Shown here one piece after another: positions 28,278 through 35,506 of a stretch of DNA of 35,506 bases. The position numbers were made by a program, and so were the translations under genes. Location: contig CALWKN010000046.1 in NCBI GenBank assembly GCA_944381265.1, positions 1-35,506 on the forward strand, written 5' to 3'. Origin of the DNA: an uncultured Clostridia bacterium (GTDB lineage: Bacteria; Bacillota; Clostridia; Christensenellales; UBA1750). Under the pieces are notes generated by a model, which had not been told where the DNA came from, ran no database searches, and saw only the letters and a program-made list of their open reading frames with translations. Position 1 is the stretch's first letter. Every line of letters starts with the position of its first letter.

Positions 28278-29588
28278 ATGGGACACATCATCAAGAGCGT
28301 GCCGGAGGACAGCCTCGGCGCGGAGCTGGGCCTTCTGCCCGGGGACGAGATCCTCGCCCTCAACGGCGAAGCGCTCGTGGACGTCATCGACTACCAGGCC
28401 CTGCAGTCGGGCACGGATCTGACCGTGGCCTTCCGCCGCGGGGGCGAGGAGCAGGAGGTCGAGTGCGAGAAGGAGGAGTGGGAGGAGCTGGGCGTGGAGT
28501 TCATGGACGGCCTGCTCAAGACCCGCGTCTGCCAGAACCACTGCATCTTCTGCTTCATCGACCAGATGCCGCCGAACTGCCGCCCCTCCCTCTACGTCAA
28601 GGACGACGACTGGCGCATGAGCCTGATGATGGGCAACTTCGTGACGCTGACCAACGTAAACGACGAGGAGATGCGGCGCATCGTGCGCCGCCATGCCTCG
28701 CCCCTGTACATCAGCGTCCACGCCACCAACCCTGAGGTGCGCCGCCGCATGATGCGCAACCCCCGCGCGGGCAACATCCTTGCCCAGCTGCGCACGCTCA
28801 AGGAGGCCGGCATCCGCTTCCACTGCCAGATCGTGCTCTGCCCGGGCGAAAACGACGGCGAGGTGCTGGAGGAGACGCTGACCGACCTTCTCGCGCTGCG
28901 CCCGGCGGCGCAGTCCGTGGCCGTGGTGCCGGTGGGCCTGACCGGCTTTCGCCAGGGGCTCTACCCGCTGCGCCCCTTTTCGCCAGGCGAGGCCGACGCG
29001 CTCCTTCGCCAGGTCTCCCGCTGGCAGAAGAAGTGCTGGAAGGAGATCGGCACGCGCTTCGTCTTTGCCTCGGACGAGTTCTACTGCCTGGCCGGGCGCT
29101 CCATCCCCGCCGAGAGCTGCTACGAGGACTTCCCCCAGATCGAAAACGGCGTCGGCCTCTTTGCCACGCTGCGCGCCGAGTTCGAGGACGCCCTCTCCCA
29201 GCTTAGGGAGACGGAGGAGGAGAAGCGCTTTACCATCGCCTGCGGCGTGTCGGTGGCGCCCCTGCTTTCCGACATGATCTTTGCGCACAAGTGGCGGCAC
29301 GTAAAGCTTTCCATCGTGCCGGTGCGCAGCGGCTTTTTCGGCGGCGCGGTGACGGTGACGGGCCTTGTCGCCGGGCAGGACCTGGTGCGCGACCTGCGGG
29401 GCCGCGAAGACCTTGGCACGGTCCTCATCGTCGAGAGCATGCTGCGCGCCGAGGGCGATCTGTTCCTGGACGACATGACGCTAAGCGAGGTGCGCGCTGC
29501 GGTCGGCGCGCCCGTGCGCGTGATAGAAAACACCGGCGCGGCGCTGGCCGAGGCGCTCTGCACCGGATCGGAGGATGAGAATGGCTAA
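28278..29588 (+). CDS. PDZ + radical-SAM-like DUF512 protein
   Basis: N-terminal PDZ-like region, CQNHCIFC (CxxxCxxC), SLYVKDDDWRMS, ASDEFY, PQIENGVG; typical position upstream of der. Confidence 0.9.
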   Translation: MGHIIKSVPEDSLGAELGLLPGDEILALNGEALVDVIDYQALQSGTDLTVAFRRGGEEQEVECEKEEWEELGVEFMDGLLKTRVCQNHCIFCFIDQMPPNCRPSLYVKDDDWRMSLMMGNFVTLTNVNDEEMRRIVRRHASPLYISVHATNPEVRRRMMRNPRAGNILAQLRTLKEAGIRFHCQIVLCPGENDGEVLEETLTDLLALRPAAQSVAVVPVGLTGFRQGLYPLRPFSPGEADALLRQVSRWQKKCWKEIGTRFVFASDEFYCLAGRSIPAESCYEDFPQIENGVGLFATLRAEFEDALSQLRETEEEKRFTIACGVSVAPLLSDMIFAHKWRHVKLSIVPVRSGFFGGAVTVTGLVAGQDLVRDLRGREDLGTVLIVESMLRAEGDLFLDDMTLSEVRAAVGAPVRVIENTGAALAEALCTGSEDENG

Positions 29589-30930
29589 CGTAAAACCTAT
29601 CATCGCGGTGGTGGGCCGCCCGAACGTGGGCAAGTCCACGTTCTTCAACAAGATGGCGGGCGCGCGCGTCTCCATCGTGGAGGACACGCCCGGCGTTACG
29701 CGCGACCGCGTCTACGCCGACGCCTCTTGGCAAAATTACGAGTTTACTTTGGTTGACACCGGCGGCATCGACCCCTATTCCACCGACCCGCTGCTGCAGC
29801 AGATGCGCCGCCAGGCGGAGATCGCCGTGGACACCGCCGACGTCATCCTCTTCTTCGTCGACGGCCGCGACGGCCTGACCGGCCCCGACTACGAGGTGGC
29901 GGACCTGCTGCGCCGCACCAAGAAGCCGGTGCTGCTCGTGGTCAACAAGATCGACACCCCGGCGCGGGAGATGGACAAGACCGAGTTCTACGCCCTGGGC
30001 ATGGGCGAGCCCTACGCCATCTCCTCGGTGAACCTGCTGGGGCTGGGCGACCTTCTGGAAGAGATGTGCCGCTATCTTCCCGAGCCCGACCCGGACGCGG
30101 CGCAGGAAGAGGGCGGCCCGACGAAGATCGCCGTGGTCGGCCGCCCGAACGTGGGCAAGTCCTCCCTGGTCAACCGCATCCTCAGGGAGGAGCGCGTCAT
30201 GGTCTCCGACATCGCCGGCACCACGCGCGACGCCATCGACACCGCCTTTACCGACGAGGGCGAGGACTTCGTCATCATCGACACCGCCGGCATCCGCAAG
30301 CGCGCCCGCATCGAGGACGCCTCCCTGGAGCGCTACAGCGTCATCCGCTCGCTGGCCGCCATCCGCCGCTGCGACGTGGCGCTGCTGCTCATCGACGCCG
30401 GCGACGGCGTCACCGAGCAGGACGCCCACATCGCCGGCTACATCCACTCCGAGGGCCGCGCCTGCGTCATCGTCGTAAACAAGTGGGACAGCGTGGAAAA
30501 AGGCACCGGCACGCTGGAGAAGTTCGCCCAGAAGGTGCGCGCGGACCTAAAGTTCCTGGACTACGCGCCGATCCTTTTCATCTCCGCCAAGACCGGGCAA
30601 AGGGTGGAGCGCGTGCTTGCCGCCGTGCGAAAGGCGCAGAAGAACGCCTCCTCCCGCGTCACCACCGGCGTCCTTAACGACGCGCTGCACGACGCCATGG
30701 CCGTCACCCCGCCGCCCTCGGACAACGGCCGCCGCCTGCGCATCTACTACGCCACGCAGCAGAGCGTAAGCCCCCCGACCTTCGTCCTCTTTGTCAACGA
30801 CCGGGAGCTTCTGCACTTCTCCTATGAGCGCTACCTGGAGAACCACCTGCGCAAGACCTTCCCCCTGGAGGGCACGCCCATCCGCCTCATCGCGCGGGAA
30901 CGCAACGAAAAGGAGGAACTCAAGAGATGA
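29581..30930 (+). CDS. der: Ribosome biogenesis GTPase Der (EngA)
   Basis: Two GTPase domains (GRPNVGKS twice, DTGG/DTAG, NKID/NKWD) and a KH-like C-terminus. Confidence 0.98.
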   Translation: MANVKPIIAVVGRPNVGKSTFFNKMAGARVSIVEDTPGVTRDRVYADASWQNYEFTLVDTGGIDPYSTDPLLQQMRRQAEIAVDTADVILFFVDGRDGLTGPDYEVADLLRRTKKPVLLVVNKIDTPAREMDKTEFYALGMGEPYAISSVNLLGLGDLLEEMCRYLPEPDPDAAQEEGGPTKIAVVGRPNVGKSSLVNRILREERVMVSDIAGTTRDAIDTAFTDEGEDFVIIDTAGIRKRARIEDASLERYSVIRSLAAIRRCDVALLLIDAGDGVTEQDAHIAGYIHSEGRACVIVVNKWDSVEKGTGTLEKFAQKVRADLKFLDYAPILFISAKTGQRVERVLAAVRKAQKNASSRVTTGVLNDALHDAMAVTPPPSDNGRRLRIYYATQQSVSPPTFVLFVNDRELLHFSYERYLENHLRKTFPLEGTPIRLIARERNEKEELKR

Positions 30931-31541
30931 CCGCTTTGAAATGGATCCTGGTGCTGCTGCTGTCCTACCTTCTTGGCTGCTTTCAGACGGGCGTGATCAT
31001 CTCCCGCACAAAGAACGTCGACATCCGCTCCAAGGGCTCGAAGTCCACCGGCACCACCAACGTCTTTCGCGTGCTCGGGGCCAAGGCCTCGCTCCTGACC
31101 TTTGTGGGCGACATACTGAAAGGCGTGCTTGCCTGCCTGCTTGGGATGTGGCTGCTTGGCAACGCCGGGGCCTCCATGGCGGGCCTTGCCGTGATCGTCG
31201 GGCACATGTTCCCGGTGTTCTCGCGCTTCCGCGGCGGCAAGGGCGTGGCCACCTCCCTTGGCACCTCCCTTGTCATGAACCCGGCCCTTGGGCTCATCCT
31301 CCTTGCCGTCTCTGCCGTCGGCATCGCCGTAACGCGCATCGTCTCCATCTTCTCCATACTCTCCCTTGCCGCCTTTGCCGTGGTGAACTCCTTCCTCTGC
31401 GGCGGCGACGGGTTTGAGATCGCCTATTCCATCGCCGCGGCGGCGCTGGTGGTCTTTGCACACCGCTCCAACATCCAGCGTATCCTGAGCGGGACGGAGA
31501 ACCGCCTGGACTTCTCCCGCAGCAAGCGGAACCTGAAGTAA
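30927..31541 (+). CDS. plsY: Glycerol-3-phosphate acyltransferase PlsY
   Basis: SYLLG, DIRSKGSKSTGTTNVFR, DILKG, GHMFP..FRGGKGVAT, HRSNIQR..GTE. Confidence 0.95.
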   Translation: MTALKWILVLLLSYLLGCFQTGVIISRTKNVDIRSKGSKSTGTTNVFRVLGAKASLLTFVGDILKGVLACLLGMWLLGNAGASMAGLAVIVGHMFPVFSRFRGGKGVATSLGTSLVMNPALGLILLAVSAVGIAVTRIVSIFSILSLAAFAVVNSFLCGGDGFEIAYSIAAAALVVFAHRSNIQRILSGTENRLDFSRSKRNLK

Positions 31542-31639
31542 GGCGCCCTTTTTCGTCCCCGGGAACTTTTTTGCGGCAGCGGGAGTTGAATTAGGCGTAA
31601 GAAATCGCCGAAAGTCCCCTCTCCAAATGGGACCGCGCC

Positions 31640-31668
31640 TTGCAAAGCGCGGCGCAATCGGGTATAAT
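31640..31668 (+). promoter_or_regulatory. Sigma-A promoter for asp23-fakA-recG
   Basis: TTGCAA-17 nt-TATAAT. Confidence 0.75.
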
Positions 31669-31719
31669 AAACACAAGAGAATTTGCCGAACGGGGATACA
31701 AGGAACAGGAGGGAAAGTC

Positions 31720-32082
31720 ATGGCAGCAGCGGAGTGCAAGATCAAAAACGAATTGGGCTTTATCACGGTCGCGGAGGACGTCATCTCCACCGTCGCCGGC
31801 TACGCCGCCATTGAGTGCATCGGCATTGTGGCGATGGCCTCAAAGCGCGCTACGGACGGCCTGGTGGAACTGCTCGGCCGGGAGAACCTCAAGCGCGGCG
31901 TCCGCGTCAATCTCATGGAGGAAAGCGCCACCATCAGCCTCTACATCATCGTCGAATACGGTGTGTCCATCGCCGCCGTGGCCAAGAACGTCATCGAAAC
32001 CGTCAAGTACCGCGTCGAGACGATGGCCGGCATCAAGGTCGATAAGGTCAACGTCACGGTCGAGGGCATTCGCGTCAACTAA
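31720..32082 (+). CDS. Asp23/Gls24 family protein (YloU-like)
   Basis: AGYAAIECIGIVAMAS, LLGRENLKRGV, YIIVEYGVSI, VNVTVEGIRV; upstream of the DAK2 gene. Confidence 0.92.
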   Translation: MAAAECKIKNELGFITVAEDVISTVAGYAAIECIGIVAMASKRATDGLVELLGRENLKRGVRVNLMEESATISLYIIVEYGVSIAAVAKNVIETVKYRVETMAGIKVDKVNVTVEGIRVN

Positions 32083-32141
32083 AGTCTAACGAAGGGGGAG
32101 CGGCCCTATGTCCCGGCCGCTCCGCGTCTGGAGGGAAAATC

Positions 32142-33824
32142 TTGGCCTTTCTTACAAACATTGACGGACGTCTCCTCAAGGAGATGATCATCGACGGCGC
32201 GGCCATGCTCGAGTACAACAAGGCCGCGGTCGACGCGCTCAACGTCTTCCCCGTGCCGGACGGCGACACGGGCACCAATATGTCCCTTACCATGATGAGC
32301 GCGGTAAAGGAACTGCAAAATCTTGACACGGCGGACGTCTCCGCCGTCGCCGCCGCCGCCGCGCGCGGCGCGCTCAAGGGCGCGCGCGGCAACTCCGGCG
32401 TCATACTCTCCCAGCTCTTCCGCGGCTTTTCCGAGGGCCTGAAGGGCAAGGAGAGCGCCAGCGCCGCGGACTTCGCGTCTTCCCTCAGCCTTGGCGCGGA
32501 CCGCGCCTACAAGGCGGTCATGAAGCCGCGCGAGGGCACGATCCTCACCGTCGCCCGCGCCGTGGCCGACGGCGCGCAGGCCTTTGCCGCAAAGAAGCAG
32601 GACATTTCCGCCCTGCTGCCCCGCATGATCGAGGACGGCGAGGCGGCCCTGCGCCGCACGCCGGACCTTCTTCCGGTGCTCAAAGAGGCCGGCGTGGTCG
32701 ATTCCGGCGGCGCGGGCCTTATGGCCATCTACCTTGGCTACAAGATGGCGGTCGAGGGCGAGGAGATCGAAAACGTCTCCACCATCGCCAAGAGCCTTTC
32801 CGCCTTCATGGAACGGCCCGCCGAAAAGCAGGAGGCCATCGGCGCCGCCTCCGAGGCCGCGGGCGAGATCACCTTTGGCTACTGCACCGAGACCTTCATC
32901 ACGCCTTTGAAGGAGGGCGTGTCCCAGGGCGACGCCGACAGCCTGCGCAATAAGCTCATGGAGTTTGGCGACTGCGTGCTCGTGGTGCTGGACGAGGGCC
33001 TGATCAAGGTCCACTGCCACTCCAACGACCCCGGCCGCGTGCTGCGCTACTGCATCCGCCTTGGCGAACTGGACAACGTCAAGGTGGAGAACATGCGCTC
33101 CCAGCACCGCACGCTGATCGCCGAGGCCGAGGGCCTGCACGAGGAAGCCGTCCCCCCGATGGAAAAGGACGTCGGCTTTGTCGCCGTGGCCGCGGGCGCG
33201 GGGCTGGCCGCGCTGTTCAAGGACCTTACGGTGGACGAGATGGTCGAGGGCGGCCAGACGATGAACCCCTCCACCGAGGACATCGTAAAGGCCGTGCAGC
33301 GCTGCAAGTCGCGCACCACCTTCGTCCTTCCCAACAACAAGAACATCGTCATGGCCGCGCAGCAGGCCGCGGAGCTCCTCACCGACCGCACGGTGCTCGT
33401 CGTGCCGACAAAGACCGTGCCCCAGGGCGTCGCCGCCATGATCGCCTATGTGCCGGACGCCCCGGTGGAGGAGAACCTTTCCCGCATGCAGGAGGCCGCA
33501 GAGGGCGTGCGCTCCGGCTCTGTCACCTACGCCGTGCGCGACTCCTCCTTTGACGGCAAGGAGATCCACGAGCACGACATACTGGGCCTGAACGAGGGCA
33601 AGGTCGCCGTCGTCGGCCAGGACGTGGGCGCCGTCACGCTCGACCTGCTGCATGAGATGGTGCGGGAGGACAGCGAGCTGATCACCCTCTTCTACGGCGC
33701 GGACGTCCCGGAGGAGAGCGCCGAGGCGCTGCGCGCGCAGATCGAGGAGGCCTTCCCCCAGTGCGAACTGGAGATGCTCTCCGGCGGTCAGCCGCTCTAC
33801 TACTACCTCTTCTCCGTGGAGTAA
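32142..33824 (+). CDS. fakA: DAK2-domain fatty acid kinase subunit A (YloV-like)
   Basis: LNVFPVPDGDTGTNM, GARGNSGVILSQ, VVDSGG, YCTE, GGQTMNPS, GGQPLYYY; TTG start with GGAGG RBS. Confidence 0.93.
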   Translation: MAFLTNIDGRLLKEMIIDGAAMLEYNKAAVDALNVFPVPDGDTGTNMSLTMMSAVKELQNLDTADVSAVAAAAARGALKGARGNSGVILSQLFRGFSEGLKGKESASAADFASSLSLGADRAYKAVMKPREGTILTVARAVADGAQAFAAKKQDISALLPRMIEDGEAALRRTPDLLPVLKEAGVVDSGGAGLMAIYLGYKMAVEGEEIENVSTIAKSLSAFMERPAEKQEAIGAASEAAGEITFGYCTETFITPLKEGVSQGDADSLRNKLMEFGDCVLVVLDEGLIKVHCHSNDPGRVLRYCIRLGELDNVKVENMRSQHRTLIAEAEGLHEEAVPPMEKDVGFVAVAAGAGLAALFKDLTVDEMVEGGQTMNPSTEDIVKAVQRCKSRTTFVLPNNKNIVMAAQQAAELLTDRTVLVVPTKTVPQGVAAMIAYVPDAPVEENLSRMQEAAEGVRSGSVTYAVRDSSFDGKEIHEHDILGLNEGKVAVVGQDVGAVTLDLLHEMVREDSELITLFYGADVPEESAEALRAQIEEAFPQCELEMLSGGQPLYYYLFSVE

Positions 33825-33845
33825 AACCGCCCGCAAAAACGATCC

Positions 33846-33880
33846 CCGGCCGCTTTGCCGCGCGCAGAGCGGCCGGTTTT
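33846..33880 (+). terminator. Possible internal terminator between fakA and recG
   Basis: CCGGCCGCTTTG/CAGAGCGGCCGG stem followed by TTTT. Confidence 0.55.
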
Positions 33881-33921
33881 CTCTGCATCGCAAACACAAA
33901 AAAAGGGAGGGAACGCTTTTT

Positions 33922-35505
33922 ATGCGCCTGGACGAGCTCAAGGGCGTGGGGGAGGCGCGGCTGCGGGCGCTGGAGCGCGCGGGGCTCTCCAGCGCCGAAG
34001 ATCTGCTCTTCCGCCTGCCGGAGGACTACACCGACTACGACCGCCGCGACGAGCTGGGCAGCCTTGCCTCCGGCCGCCGCTGCACCGTCTGCGCCCGCGT
34101 CAAGACCGTCTCCACTTCCCGCCTGCGCGGCATGACCCGCGTCGCCGCCCGCATATTCGACGACACCGGCGAGGCCGTCTGCGTCTGGTTCCAGCAGCCC
34201 TACCGCGCCGCGCAATTGGAGATCGGCGACGTGCTGCTCTTCTGCGGCCTCACCACCCGCTACCGCGGCGCGCTGGAGATCGTCTCCCCGCGCGTGCTCC
34301 CCGCCGACACCCACGGCATCGAGCCCGTCTACCCCCCGATCCGCGAGGTCCCGCCCCGCGTCTACGCCGACCTGGTGCGCCAGGCGCTGGACGCCTGCCC
34401 CGAGGCCGCGCGCGAGGACCTGCCCGAGAGCGTGCGCGCCCGCTTTTCCCTGCTCTCCCTGCCGGAAACGCTGCGCGCCCTGCACTTCCCCCGCGACCGC
34501 GCCCAGCTCCAGGCGGCGCTGTACGCCTACTCCTTCCGCGACCTGCTCTTCTTCGCCCTGGCCGTGCGCCATAAGCGCCTGGGCCCCGGCATGGGCTACC
34601 CGATGAAGGCCAACTTCGCCGTCATCCAGCCCTTCCTCGACCAATTGCCCTACGCGCTCACCGGCGCGCAGGAGCGCGTGCTGCGCCAGGCGCTGTCGGA
34701 CCTGGAGTCCGACGCGCCCATGGCCCGCCTGGTGGAGGGCGACGTCGGCTGCGGCAAGACCGCGATCGCCCTGGCCCTGCTCTTCTGCGCCCGCGAAAAC
34801 GGCTTCCAGGGCGCGCTGATGGCCCCGACCGAGGTCCTTGCCCACCAGCACGCCGAGGAAGCGCAAAAGCTCCTGGGCCCCCTTGGCGTGCGCGTGGTGC
34901 TGCTCACGGGCTCTTTGCGCGCCGCCGCCCGCCGCGCCGCCCTGCGCGCCATCCAGAGCGGCGAGGCGGACCTCATCGTCGGCACCCACGCCCTGATCAT
35001 GGGCGGCGTGACCTACAAGCGCCTGGGCCTTGTCGTCACCGACGAGCAGCACCGCTTCGGCGTGCGCCAGCGCCTGGCCTTGGAGCACAAGGGCCGCGCC
35101 CCGCACGTGCTGGTCATGTCCGCAACGCCCATCCCGCGCACCATGGCCCTGGTCCTCTACGGCGAAATGGACGTCTCCGTCGTGGACAAACTCCCCCCCG
35201 ACAGAAAGCCCGTCATGACGCGCATCGTGCCGGAGAAAAAGCGCCAGGGCCTCTACGGTTTCCTGCGCGACACCGTAAAATCGGGCCAGCAGGTCTACGT
35301 CGTCTGCCCGCTGGTGGAGGAGAGCGAGGTCGTGGACGCCGCCAGCGCCGAGCGCACGGCCAAGGACCTGGCTTCCGCCCTGCCGGGCGTGCGCGTAGAG
35401 CTCCTGCACGGCCGCATGAAGGGCGAAACCAAGGAGCAGATCCTGGACCGCTTCGCCGCCGGGGAGACGCAGGTGCTGGTCAGCACCACCGTCATCGAGG
35501 TCGGC
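33922..35505 (+). CDS. recG: ATP-dependent DNA helicase RecG (3' truncated by the window edge)
   Basis: Absent from the ORF track because no stop is reached; ATG 33922 after GGGAGG; LKGVG, GDVGCGKT, MAPTEVLA, GTHAL, DEQHRFGVRQR, MSATPIPRT, LHGRM, STTVIEVG. Confidence 0.96.
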   Translation, partial: MRLDELKGVGEARLRALERAGLSSAEDLLFRLPEDYTDYDRRDELGSLASGRRCTVCARVKTVSTSRLRGMTRVAARIFDDTGEAVCVWFQQPYRAAQLEIGDVLLFCGLTTRYRGALEIVSPRVLPADTHGIEPVYPPIREVPPRVYADLVRQALDACPEAAREDLPESVRARFSLLSLPETLRALHFPRDRAQLQAALYAYSFRDLLFFALAVRHKRLGPGMGYPMKANFAVIQPFLDQLPYALTGAQERVLRQALSDLESDAPMARLVEGDVGCGKTAIALALLFCARENGFQGALMAPTEVLAHQHAEEAQKLLGPLGVRVVLLTGSLRAAARRAALRAIQSGEADLIVGTHALIMGGVTYKRLGLVVTDEQHRFGVRQRLALEHKGRAPHVLVMSATPIPRTMALVLYGEMDVSVVDKLPPDRKPVMTRIVPEKKRQGLYGFLRDTVKSGQQVYVVCPLVEESEVVDAASAERTAKDLASALPGVRVELLHGRMKGETKEQILDRFAAGETQVLVSTTVIEVG

Positions 35506-35506
35506 G

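Overview
A GC-rich, mostly core-chromosomal window from an endospore-forming Clostridia-like bacterium. This placement is inferred from spoIIP, lonB, DUF1614, asp23-fakA-recG, GGAGG ribosome-binding sites and TTGCnn-17-TATAAT promoters. Gene order: secreted SH3b protein; CLC-type anion transporter plus larA-like racemase (- strand operon); GHL6-like glycoside hydrolase; two-domain PPK2; Lsa/CplR-like ABC-F gene broken by one in-frame TAG and preceded by a uORF/terminator attenuator; small Cys-rich protein; tig-clpP-clpX; GNAT, CmpB-like membrane protein and DUF4038 hydrolase; lonB; DUF3737; an oppositely oriented block of nucleotidyltransferase-lon-ysxC-dehydrogenase-membrane protein; DUF1614-spoIIP; DUF512-der-plsY; asp23-fakA-recG (recG truncated by the window end). 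I saw no transposase, integrase, CRISPR array, rRNA or tRNA. The least explained DNA is non-coding: two related, densely palindromic elements between convergent genes (922-1100 and 7501-7948) and a cluster of GACCCCGGTC repeats (19701-19856). All product calls come from recognising motifs by eye; no database search was run.
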